Shown piece after piece: positions 1 through 12,666 of a stretch of DNA of 64,000 nucleotides. Every line of letters starts with the position of its first letter. The first letter of the stretch is position 1. The DNA lies in contig CM082588.2 in NCBI GenBank assembly GCA_040954595.2, positions 6,460,202 through 6,524,201 of the forward strand, written 5' to 3'. Source of the DNA: Balanoglossus misakiensis (taxonomy: Eukaryota; Animalia; Hemichordata). Under the pieces are notes generated by a model. That model ran no database searches, was not told where the DNA came from, and saw only the letters and a list, made by a program, of their open reading frames with translations. Both the position numbers and the translations under genes were made by a program.

Positions 1-509
1 TACAAATGTACATTTCAGATATCCATATGTGACATACAGTCTTCTCATGGAACAGAGAATAATGAATAACCTGTATCCTTTATGCCATCATACATCTCGC
101 AATTAAAAAAATATTATTTGGGGAATTAATATTTTCACTGTAATGGTATTGGTGCCATGAGAATGCAATTAATATTTAACATCTTTAGAATGACCATTTA
201 ACACATATACAAGTGTATTCCATTTACAAAACAGGAATGGACATTTAAATTCCACTGTCTCTAATTCTATGGTGTATTTATATAAATTTGTGTGAAAATA
301 CAGGGTTTTATGTTTTGTCACTTGACTACTACAGTATTCCAGGACTTTTAAGATTTCCCTGTCATGGATGATTTTCCAAAGAAAATGTCCAATTCCATGA
401 GTTGTGTTACTGTAAGTTTGTTCAACAACAGACATCTTGTGACGCCAATCTGCCCACGGCCACAGACAACATGACAATACACTGTACCATAAAAAAAATT
501 AAAGCTGAA

Positions 510-533
510 CCCCCCCCCCCCCCCCCCCCCCCC
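510..533. repeat. poly-C tract
   Basis: Run of about 24 C downstream of the CEP43 stop. Confidence 0.9.
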
Positions 534-1278
534 AACAGCTTTGCCGAAATATTGAGGGCGCACGTTCAATCGGAGGCCATGAGAGTCTACTTTCATGAGG
601 GAACTACGGGTGAAATGGTTAAGTCACCACTATAAAACATAAAACTGATATCAAGTACAGCATTTCTGAACGTATCAAAAAAAGTTGAAGACCATGTAAC
701 TTATAAAAGCATTCATAAAATTGAATACTACAGAAATCCTATACAGGTCAAAATACAAACAAAGCAGAAAAACACAATAGAAAATGGAGGTAGTTTGTTA
801 CACACATCATGGACATATTAAAGCCAGCAAACTGAATCAAGACCTACATGTATGAGATCAGGTGCAATATTCGAGGCTTGTAGTTGATTGTGTATTGTAG
901 TGTGCCTCTGAAAAGTTACACTCCAGACAAAATTTAGTAAAAGAGAAAGACATAGAATTTTGTGATATTTTGTAATACACATCAGTGGGAAGATATAGTC
1001 CTCACCCCTTAAAATTACCATGCTAGTGGACCAACCTAACTTGGACAACTACTTGGCTCAGTCCAAGTTCACACTACCAGGGGGGTGATCACCACCACAG
1101 AGGAATGTGTTGTGGGTCACGCCACTAACATTGACCTTGGTATAACCTGTGACCTTGGTATTCAAATAAAATACAATTCAAAGTGAGATGAATATTGTTG
1201 TTACAGATTTCCACTCATTAATTTATATAGATATATACAAATGTGTACTATAGACGTTCATTTCGGGCGTGGCTGTTC

Positions 1279-4200
1279 TCATGGCGATAGTGTCAACTGG
1301 GCCTCTTCTGCATAATCCAAACCGTGGGCACTCAGCTGTGAAATGCTCCTGTCAGTTGTCAGGTCATCAAACTACACAAAGGAATAAACAGACGGATTTC
1401 AGAATCTCAGACAAAAGAACGCTAGCACATGAGTACTTTGAACATATGGATTTTTTTCAGAGGGCAAGGATGGGCAGATTACATATTGATGTCCCTATAT
1501 GCACAAGTGGAGAGATGCTTACAGCGTTAACTGTATGTACATGTATGTGCCATCATTAGCCTAGTATAGAACACAGATCAAAAGTACATGATCACTTAGC
1601 AACTTTGTCCCTGAAAGGATGTGACATTATAATTCCATTTCACTGATAATGCTACAGGCAAGTGTCAGGCCATCACAATACACAAAGGAATCAAACGCAC
1701 AGATTTCAGTACATGAGGAATCTCAGAAAAAGGAATGCTGTTTACCTTATCAGTACTACTGGCCAGGAAGTCATCTCCATAGGACAGATCCCCTTCGATC
1801 TCCTCACTGATGCTGGGTGCAGAGATCCCGGAGAGACCCCCGTGCTGGCTCTGGCTCTGGGTGGGCAGGGTTTGGCTGTCAGAGGAACCACTACTACTGC
1901 TGTAGTTAAATCACAGATACACAAGACAAACACCCAGACACACGGGGAGGGGGGCCCACACAGGTATGAATGGGAAACGGGCAGAGATGATACACATGGG
2001 GAAAGGCACATCATGGCATGCATTAAACAAATGATAGTGATGATGGCAGGCGAGACATACCATTGATAACAAAAATGTAGACAATATGAGAGTGGTAATA
2101 GATTATGGCAACAAAATATTTGAACATGCATTTCATATGGAGTTAACCGAGGTAAAAAAAATATGCAAACCATGCAATGAGAATTAAACATATTTAAATA
2201 ATATATCAAAACAAAAGAAGTTGTATTATCATATGAATCGTATACCATATGAAATGAAATCATTAAATTCGGTAAAAACAGGGGTACAATATTAATTAGT
2301 AGAATAAAATACACCAGTAACCGAGAGTTTCCCCACAGACAGTTACAATCGGAGAAAATAGAAGACATGAAATTGTAACAGAGAGATGCACAACAGGCCA
2401 CCACCACAATCACAACAAAAATAGGAAGAAAGAAAAAAGGAAAAAACAGACGATTTTTGTCAGTTGGCTAGCATATGTTTGTTGGTCTCTGTGTTCTGAA
2501 AATGACTTCAATCCACCTGCACCCTCTCCAAGTAAAAATTATTAATAGGCAAAAAAGGTTTGGCAACAAGGTGCAACCATCTCATAATTAACTTCATCTC
2601 ATCTTAATAATACCATGACGGAACACAGCAAGACAACCCTCTTCAGGTTTCCCACACACTCAGTAAAACCTGTCTCGTGAAAACAGTCAACTCAAAGCAT
2701 AGTAAGTGCTCAGAATGAATACATAGGAGTATTTCTGCAGATTTGAGAGACGTACCTTTGGAAGTCATCTTCATAATCAACATCAACATCAGCTGCTGCA
2801 GACTCGTCTCTGGGTGTCACACCAGGCGATGAGTAGCCTACGAATTTATCAAAGCTTTCCAAATCCTTATCCAAGTCCTTTAACTCAGATGCCTTCACTC
2901 CTTCTGAAAGAGAACCGTGTACAAACTTATGAACTATCCACCTATACACAGACATTTGTTTAAGTTACCATGAAATGAATTCTTCGGCGAACATTCTCAT
3001 ACTGAATAAAGCAAAACTAAAAATGCAATCTACCTTTGGGGCTGGTCAACCCAGGAAGCGGAGGGGCATCCTTCAGGGTACCCAGGCCACTACCCCCGCC
3101 AGAAAGTGGTGGCGCCCCACTCAGAGACGACATTCCCCCACCTGACTTGGCCTGTGTATTCTTCGGCGGGGATGCTCTTCCGGTTGGACTCTTAGGAGGG
3201 GATGACCGGCCGGATGGACTCCTGGATGGGGAAGATGGCCCGGATTTGCTGCAAGATCAAGGTGATATATTCACATCAATACACATGTATGAATCAGTGT
3301 GCGTTGAAAATGAACATGTACATGTATATGTACTAGCATGTACAATGTATGTATGCAGCTATCCCAGGGATGCAGTACATTTTGATACTCTGTTCACCCT
3401 GCTTCTAATAAATGAATCTATCATACACTCAGACATAAAATGGATTATTCCAAAGGGTGAACTTCAAAGGGTGACACCGTGCACACATGCAAAAAGCCAG
3501 TAGATAGAAAACAGAATCTCCATATCAAACGTCAGAAAACTTCAATGTAACTGTGGCATACCTGATATTAAAACTTTTACTGTTGTCAGGAAGTGGATCA
3601 TCAAAGAATGAATCGTCTTTCTCTAGGCTGTCGTCAGTGCTCAGTCCATTGGCTGTTTTACCAGTGTGCTGATTTCCTGGCGATTTCTCTTTCTTCTTTT
3701 CTCTCTGTAAAGAAACAGGTGGTCATGTCAAAATTTTTACTTTTTAGCTTTTGTGTGATGTCTTGTATTTCTGTAGTCTCACCAGAAGTGTTTCTCCAAA
3801 CAAAGTATACTTGTAGACTTACCCTTGGTGAGTGTTTCAGTCTAGGTGAGGTCTGTACAAGTTCAGAGACATCGTGAGCAACAACACCCTTACACAGAAT
3901 AAACAGTCTTCTGTACATTGCAAGGAACTCTTCCAGATCAATGCCTGTGGCAAAAAATTGACAAGAATTTAATATTTGAAAAGTAATTCAACAGTGAAAT
4001 TTCAATTTGCGACACATTGGAGATTTAGATTTCACACATACATGGGGCATACAACATCTTTTTTCAATAATATGAATAGGATGGTCAAAATTGTAACCAG
4101 AACCTCTCAAAGTATTTGCTTACCGTTGTTGAAGTCTCGGTCTCCAGCTCTGAATTCATCATTAACGTAACGTTCTAACATGTTACTGGAAAAAAATCAA

Positions 4201-6709
4201 CAACACAAAAGATTCAGGTGATTGCAATGTATCAAGATTTTTTGAGGTTTTCATTATAACAGCACTGATATTTCTGACAAATGTTGGGAATGGAGTGGCA
4301 GAGGAAAACAGATGATGGGTCTTACCTGTGGAAATGGGGGAAAATATCCAGGAACAAGTTCCGGAGTTCATCTTTGTCAATATAGCCACTCTTGTCCTGG
4401 GAGGAAATTATCAAAGTGATAAATAACACTCATACAAGTGGTTACACTTTGTACAGTACTAGTAGTGCAAAATGGTGTGTACAGTACAACTGTTTATCAT
4501 GGCTGTCAAAACAAATTCATATTGTTGTTATTTACCTTATCATATTTGTCAAATTTCCGTTTTGCGTCTTCTAGCTGTTTGGTGGTGAGATCCTACATGG
4601 AAAACATAATTGATGAATTGGTTATTTTGGCAAAATATCTGGACTCATCAGTTTTCTGCAACCGGTTCTTTCGTCACGATTTCTTGTAATGCTGTGTAAG
4701 TGTTGATGCATTCAAGAATTCTGAGAACAAAGTGGTATTCGGTTCACAAGAATGTATTATGGTGTTATTAGATCCACAATTCATTCCAGTATAAGCTCAC
4801 ACAAGAGTTTTAGATCAGGCAGAAGATTTTAGAAATTGAAGGACAGGTGTTTGCAATATTGTACTGTAAAACTTGGTTTTTCTAACAAGTCATTGCAGAG
4901 AAGTGTCCTCAGTTAGTGGTGCATTATACAGACGTAAGATTGGAACAGTGTAAGGACACACATCGTGCAAACATACCGAGGGGTTTGAGAATCAAAGACA
5001 AGACAGAAATACAGAAAGATGTACAGTAAACGCCATTATAACATGCAGACTTTGATACCCTAGATAATAGCTGCAAAGCAGGGGTTCCAATCCATCATGC
5101 AGTGCAGCGCAAAGACAAAATAAATATGCAAAATTTAGCGCAAATTATTAGGAGCAAAACATTTCTGGACCTGACAAAACAAAGTTACATTTAATGATTT
5201 AAATCATTCTCGGCTGAAAAGGACAGAGGATGATTAATAATATCGTTCACAATGTTAATGGGTGTGCTTTGTCAGTACATGTGTAGCAATTTCATTTTAC
5301 ATGCATTATAATGTGACTAGTATGATAGCAGACATAACATCATACACTGTATGTACAATATATAACAATTTTTTACAAGAAATGGTCAAATCCTACAAAA
5401 GTGATCTGGGGAATAATGTACCAGTATTCAGCATACAATACAAGCACGACACAGCCTTCCCACACCTATATTCTAAATGGAATAATCCACTAATAGCTAC
5501 ATTTCGAATGAGACTACACCAAGTGAGAAAGGAATCGGGGAGGGTCACAGAGACGGGCTGATAAAAGAAGGGTTCCCAATACATGTACCTTAGGTAAGAC
5601 AATCTCCTGAGGAAATGAAGACCCACGTCATCAGAGTGGAAACAGCAAAAAAGAAAATGTTCACAGAAAAGGACGCACACAGAGAACACAAATAAAAAGA
5701 GAAAAAGAATTTTGTGGTTAGTGTATAGACATTACCAGGTTGTTATGCAAAACTTGGCAGTTTTCAGCATATCACAGCTGTACGAATGATTGCCTCTCCT
5801 GAACCCATGATACAATGAAATGACGACCGTGATTCCCACAAAAATCCTTATGCTGCCTACACATGCTGCAAGCAATAGTTTTACTATAACCAATATGCCA
5901 CAATCTCACAATTACCAGCACCAAAATCTGCTAACAGCTTTTGTGATAGAATACATCCATTAAATTTGAGATAACACAACAAGTAGGACTACACATGCTG
6001 CCTATAATGCAAATGTTGCTATGACCATCTACCCTACAATACATCCAGACCGAGATGCACCATACATGCGAAAACACAGCCTAGTACAGTTCCTACCAGC
6101 ACCACAGCTAGAATTTGTCATCTGGAACCAGACATGCATTTTGAAGTAGTCTTAATCGGGAAAGAATTACTTCCCATACATGTCTGGTTTCAGATCTCTA
6201 GTACTGTTGCTACATGACATGAAATTACTGGCAAGAATTAAAAAATATTAGTCAAACCTCTTCCTCGCTATCCTAAAATACAAGCAGATAAGATAAGGGA
6301 AAGAACATCAGAAGGGTTAGTTTCAATTTATGTCTTGTAACTTGTTTTGCAAAAATAAGCGAAACCACTGTTAGTCAGAAATATTCGACAGATGAAGACT
6401 GTGACATAACCTGACACACCCAACCTTTAGTTTGACCCACTTGCTTTCAACAGTAAATTGGGCCAACCTATTACAGAAATGGGGGTGGAAGGGTTAGCTA
6501 AATGTGTCTGTTCATCACAGCTCACCTCGGATGATGAGCTCAGTTTTCGTCTTCCCTTGCTATCAGCTGACATGGCTTTTTTCATCAGATAATACAACAA
6601 TGGCCTGTCCTGAGTTTTCTCCGAGTCGACAAGGTTTACTTCTCTGGCCAGTGAAACTCTGCTTTCATAGTTGTCACCCTGCAAAAAAATGATTTATAAA
6701 TTTATTTTC

Positions 6710-6757
<48 letters not shown>

Positions 6758-8340
6758 TGATTCATAAGATCATTCCATCTATAAAACATAACAGTAAAGT
6801 AGTGGTACTTACAATGTTTGTTTCTGGATCGAAGACAGCCAGCGAAAAGTCTAAATTGAAAAACTGGAGGAATTCCCTGACAAGTGATAAGGTCATTAAA
6901 CCTGCACCAGAAAAATATATGGGTAAGATCACTGTTGATCAGATTATCAGAACACTATAGAGCAAAAAAGGTCGCAAACATGTAAGACAAAAATCTCTCA
7001 AAATATAAGGGTATTTTTGACAGGCAAAATTCAAAAATGATACAGCTAAACTGTTACTCTGTACGTATTATTAGCACCAAGTCCTGACTTTGCCATTACA
7101 AAATTAGTACACAGTACTACCATTGATTAGTAATGGGTATAATGATTAAGTCATAAAGATTTAGGTTGAACTATAATGGAACTTTTGTTTAGCATGTCAA
7201 TCAATCAATACATGTAGAGGCAAACCACACAGGGATTGCTGTTGACTGAAAAAATGCTGTGTGCAGAGGGATATGGACAGACCGTGAAGGAATGCAGAAA
7301 CGTTGAGAAAAAGATACTGTACCTTCTTTTGTGTTCATAAACACCTGCAGTTCCCGATTGACAAATGGAGTTTTGTTTTCCACAGCTTCTTGTTCTTCTA
7401 ACGCGAGAAAAACACTGGCCCTCAGTTCAGCCTATGTAACAAAAACATGCGTATCTGGTATTACTAGTTCAGTGTTTGCCGCATAGCATAATGCCACATT
7501 AGAAAGCTGTTGCTAAGACCAGTGATGGGAGATTATAAACAGTAAAATGATATACTTTTAATTTAAAACTGTCAGGCAACATGAAGAAACAAAGCCCACA
7601 CTGTACCCAGCAGTTAGATGATAATAGGCTAGTAAGTGTAACTGTGGCAATGGATATAAGTCTACATGCAATTACATGTTTATCTTACGTCTCATCAAAG
7701 TACCTGACAGTAATACATGATGTGTAGTACTTATGCATTATACATTATGTATTAATGTTAAGGTATACTATAATTTTCACTGATTGATTTTTCCTATATT
7801 TATGTCATGGATACAGCTGATAATTTGCCCTCAAATCGACGACTAGCGTCAACAGAAATGTACCATTCCCCTACCCGCATTGACTGGATCTCATTTCTGT
7901 CACTGTGTCAGTTGCCCATTGTTTATACGATAAAGTTGACGAACTGATTTGACGAATATCTTTTATTAGAATGATAGTAGTAGTCCAAAAACGACTAAAC
8001 AATGTCTTCAATTCCATCGGCAAACGCTGACCAATGCATTCAAACGTGAAACCGACCCGCGATAGCAAACGGACCATAGCAAACGAACTCAACTGTACAC
8101 AGAACTTGTTGGGTCTTGTACATGTCACGCTGTGCACTATGTACTTGTTTAGCCAGGACGGCATCATCATTGAAACAATGTAATTTTCGACTTAAAGATG
8201 GATTCCTGCCGAGAAAATCACCCGGTATCATGCAACCAATGTCTGTCGTACGTACTCACCCTTATTTTGCCCAGCACCCCTTTACTTTCGAGTGTTTGGG
8301 CGACTAAGTCACGGAGCTCGGTATCTTCGTCGGCTGACAT
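1279..8340 (-). CDS. CEP43: Centrosomal protein 43 / FGFR1 oncogene partner (FOP) ortholog, ~504 aa, 14 exons: 8260-8340, 7323-7431, 6813-6901, 6526-6678, 5589-5606, 4536-4592, 4326-4396, 4124-4185, 3823-3944, 3562-3704, 3034-3248, 2756-2903, 1746-1899, 1279-1371
   Basis: Spliced translation MSADEDTELRDLVAQTLESKGVLGKIR|AELRASVFLALEEQEAVENKTPFVN...EFLQFFNLDFSLAVFDPE matches the FOP LisH/dimerisation N-terminus. Also DSFFDDPLP, SSLSGAPPL, YEDDF and the C-terminal SISEEIEGDLS...DK|FDDLTTDRSISQLS...DYAEE. All introns are GT-AG and phases are consistent (1515 nt). Confidence 0.93.
6120..6195. other. ~75-bp intronic hairpin (small MITE remnant or structured RNA)
   Basis: TCTGGAACCAGACATG ... CATGTCTGGTTTCAGA arms, with inner GAAGTA/TACTTC pairing. 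Confidence 0.55.
6710..6756. repeat. (CAA)n microsatellite in a CEP43 intron
   Basis: About 15 CAA units. Confidence 0.95.
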
Positions 8341-9608
8341 TTTGTATGTTGTGGCTTCATTGACCTTTGACTCGGTAATTTTCGGAAACGACATTCAACA
8401 GTTAATGTTAAGTAAATGCTGCTCTATGACTAGATAAATATACCCGAATTTTTACTATTTAATAAGATAAAATAATGTACATACATTATTGTAATATAAT
8501 TCAACTGAATGTTTATTTTATTTTCAGGAAACAGCTCCGTGTCACATCGGCAAACTTCGGCTTGGGGGACCCGGAAGTAAACCTGCTGCACATGACACAA
8601 ACTTTAGTGCTTGACAACTTCAGCAGAGATCGGAGGTTGTGGAACTCCGGCGGTTGCCGATGTATGTTTAGCACATGCAAGAGTTACCAATGACGAAGTC
8701 GCGTTTCTGCTTTGCAACGCTTTCCACTTTTTTGTTCGGCATACTCGATGCTTCGTGTGATTTTCATGGCGGACCAGTGGCCTTGTGTATTTCGCAGTGG
8801 TCAAAGGTCAAGCGTTGCTGTGGGTCCGTAGCCATAGGCCTACCAGTACAAGTACAACCACTTCCCCGTTTGTAGGTTGTTGGGCCCACTTTCCCAAACA
8901 AACTAAAGTTCAGACGGGGAAGTGGTACAACCCCTAGGCCTGACTGAAGTCGTTCACTGGTATGAAATCTGAGTTATGATAACTACGGGGTGGCATAGCT
9001 GACCCTACAGAATTAAAATTAGCCTGGTATCTATAGCAATGTGTGTTTAGATATACATGTATATCTTAAAAACACACTGGTATGGAGACTAGACTATACT
9101 ATTCTATGAGCATGCAATATAGTATAACATCTTTTCCACGGAGCCTAGAAAGCCCCAGCTAGATTCTAGACTAGTTATTAAAAATCCCTGATTATAAAAC
9201 AGGTTGATTTTTTTGCTAAATTGGTGATTAAATTAATAATTATGTTTTGCTCTGTATATTTAGGTGCTAGTAGGGCCTAATTGGAAATCAAAATCGGCTT
9301 CCAGAGTGTTTTTGCCACAGGCCTGTTTTGTGTGAGGTATTCGATTTAAGTTAATTTACGTATCTGTATATAGATGTGGTGTGCCACCCGCTTAAATCTG
9401 TGTTTGGCCGGCTAGATTTTAAATTGCCATGGTAACTGTGGTTAAATTTGCATAGATGACCGTATGCTTTTAACATGACAAAAATCCGCCAGTTGAAATT
9501 CTATCGACCATGCGGCATATTTTTATAACCTACCAAGGCAGCAAACACCTATTGAAGGTACATGTACATTGAGAATTCCCGGTTCCCATGCATGCAGTCT
9601 AGCCATCA
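8341..9608. promoter_or_regulatory. Divergent (head-to-head) intergenic/promoter region between CEP43 and ENPP copy A
   Basis: Start codons point away from each other ~1.27 kb apart; ETS-type CCGGAAGT at ~8571; X-box-like ATTGCCATGGTAAC at 9423-9436. Confidence 0.5.
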
Positions 9609-12274
9609 ATGATGGAATCGTTTTGCTATCTCACACAGCTCCTCTCTGTTATATTCAGTATAGTTGATGTCGCGACTAGTTTTTATGGCGGACCACTGAC
9701 TCTGTTGGTTTCTTTCGACGGTTTTCGCTGGGATTACCTGCACAGATTGGAAACACCGAACATCGACCAGGTGATTGCCAGCGGCGCGTATGTGCCCGGG
9801 GGTATATCAGCAGCGTTCATCACAAAGACTTTTCCGAACCATTTCACCTTAGCAACCGGTCTGTGGGAAGAGAGTCACGGTGTTGTTTCTAACCACATGT
9901 ATGATCCGAATCTCAAAGACCACTTTGCGCTCGATGCGCCGGACAGCGCGAGTAGCAAGTGGTGGGATGTTGGAGCGGAGCCGATATGGGTGACGAACCA
10001 GCTACAAGGTGGGAAGACTGGCGTTTACTACTGGCCAGGGAGCGAATCCGAAATAAAAGGTGTTCGCCCTTTTCACTTCATGAACTACAGCACCACAACG
10101 CCGTTCAAAGACCGCGTTGACGGCGTGATCAACTGGTTCACCGCCGAAGAAGATCCAATAAATTTAGGTCTGGTGTACTTCAACGAGCCTGACTACAGTG
10201 GCCACCACTTCGGCCCGGAGTCGACAGAAATTCTTGATGCCATCAGAATCTGTGATGATACGGTGGGGTATTTAATCCAGAGATTGCAAGAAGTCGATCT
10301 GTATGATAAAATTAATATTATCATCACCAGTGACCACGGTATGGCTGAACTGTCCCCAGATCGCGTCATCGAACTAAACGACTATATTAGTTCTGACTTG
10401 TATGATATGGTTGATACGAGTCCAATCGCGGCTATAAACCCTTACGATAGTGAGTATATACAATATTTCGGAATTGATAACAACATACTTTACTACGACT
10501 GCAAACATAACTGGTATGATACTCATTTTTCACACTGTGTCTTGCGATGTGGAATTCAGCGATTAGCCTACACATAAATTAATTTATTCGCCGCTAATAT
10601 CGGATACACTTAATTTCTAGTATAAGTTACTAGCACCTGTACATTTGTAAATGTCTTATGCAGGTCAGAATACCATGGTCATCTATAATGCCCTGGTCAA
10701 TGCCCATCCCAACATGACGGTTTATCTGAAGGACCATATACCCGACCATTTCCACTACAAGCACCATCGCCGCATAATGCCTATCATTGTTGCAGCTGAT
10801 GAAGGTTGGACGATTACACAGAACAAAACAGATTTTAAAGGTGAGGTGGAAATAAAATTTTAAAATCAGCACCGTGACAAGTGCAGTATGTTTCCGAAAA
10901 CGGCAAGGTTTCAGTTGAATCATCTAGATGCCAAAATTAAGGACATAACATATGGAACAGAGCTGTTATCTTTCAAGAGCAGTGAGAAGTAGGGGAGCAC
11001 TTTTGGTTTATTTGTGTCAAGTGTCACTAAATGACAGAACTGCGTTCTTTGCACATAATAACATGATTTCAAGAGGTGCTCTTAGCATTCTTCTTTCCGT
11101 CCAAACTCCAAATCCTTCCATATGCTTTCTTTGAAATATTCACCAACAATCAGTAGTAACCAGAAAAGGCCCGGAGTTCGGTGCTGACGGAGACAATTAC
11201 TGCTCATTCCCGGTAAAAATGGCCTGAACGTCACAAAACACACCATCTCGAGCCATGCGCTCACCATGTTGTGTGTCAAACGACCAATATGTTGATACTT
11301 AGATGGACCAAAGCAAATTGTCAGGTCCATATGCTATGGTACACTGTTTCGGAGTTGTTCTTGCTTGTCCCAACGGGAAAAAGACTAGAATGGGGATGTC
11401 TGTCTGTCGACTGTCTGTCTTTCCGTCCATATTAAGTCTGTATACATCTATGAAATAGAATAACGACGACCCAAATGGTCAAAATACACGACATTTCGTC
11501 TTTATATCTCTACTGTTCAACGTAGCTGGTATATATCGAAATTTTTAGATAGCAATTGTTGTTGTTTTTATAGGACGAAATGGTGGCCATGGTTACGACA
11601 ACCGATACAAATCAATGCGTCCGTTCTTCATCGCCCACGGCCCGTTCATCAAGAAGAATTTCACCCTGCCGCAGTTCAGCAACGTGGACATCTACCCACT
11701 TATCTGTAAAATCATGAATTTGAACGCAGCGCCCAACAATGGAAGTTTGGACATTGCTGGAGATATGTTGATGATTCAGCAGAATGGGTTTTCAGATAAA
11801 ACTCTCATTGGTACGTATACAGATTCTCACACTCGCACCCTTTTCATAGTCACCCTCACACACCCTCGACATTCCCTACAAAATATTGATATCGTCCAAG
11901 ATGTAGAGAAGTGTCCATCAATCAAGTGAACTGATCCTGAAATATTTTCCCCTTTGGACTTGAATATGGATCGAGGTAAAGCAGACCAGAAAAGGTTTTA
12001 TCATCACGAAGAAATGTTTCTGACGTCTACAATTGTGTTAATGCATACCGTGAAATGTGACATCCATAAAGAAACGGGAAAGAATGTCATTTGAATTTCT
12101 TTCTCACAGAGAGTCTTACATATGTTTATTACAGCCACGGCGACAGTCTTCGCTGTAGTATTACTCGCCCTCGCTGTTGCAAGTGTGGTGACCTGGACGA
12201 ACGGAAGACGGAGAAAACGAGACCAAGGTGATGGGTACGATGAAGAAAGCTTTGGGACACCCCTACTTAAGTGA
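9609..12274 (+). CDS. ENPP4: ENPP4/5-like ectonucleotide pyrophosphatase/phosphodiesterase, copy A; exons 9609-10449, 10664-10840, 11574-11810, 12135-12274
   Basis: Signal peptide; SFDGFRWDY, FITKTFPNH (catalytic Thr), EPDYSGH, TSDHGM, GGHGYDN; C-terminal TM helix and short tail ending ESFGTPLLK; GT-AG introns in phase. ENPP4 versus ENPP5 naming is tentative (F in TKTFPNH is ENPP4-like). Confidence 0.9.
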
Positions 12275-12666
12275 TGGACTCCTTAAAGTGAAAGTTCTCC
12301 CTTCGGCATTTTCTTCAAGTTAGCATTTGCATGAGACTATCATTACTTTCTGTATGAGGTTTAACCTCAATAAGGTTTTCTTTTTAAATAAAATGTACAT
12401 ATACATTATTGATCTGTTTGATGTTGTTGATCCCGACCCCACTATTTCTTATTATTTGTTATAAGTGTCACGGCAACTTTAAACCAATCAAAGACTTTCA
12501 AGCAAAATTTCTTTGGAACAGGATCGTACGAATATTTGCATCTTCGCGCATGCGTTACATGACCCGGAAGTAATCCCGCATTTGGCACGTGATAGTTCAA
12601 AACAGTGGCAGTGATCCACGCAATCTTGTCGCGTAACATCTGGAGCCGCTGAAAATTTCATCAACG

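Noticed and set aside
1742-2413. 223-aa hydrophobic minus-strand ORF
   Set aside because: Mostly intronic and overlaps a CEP43 exon in a different frame
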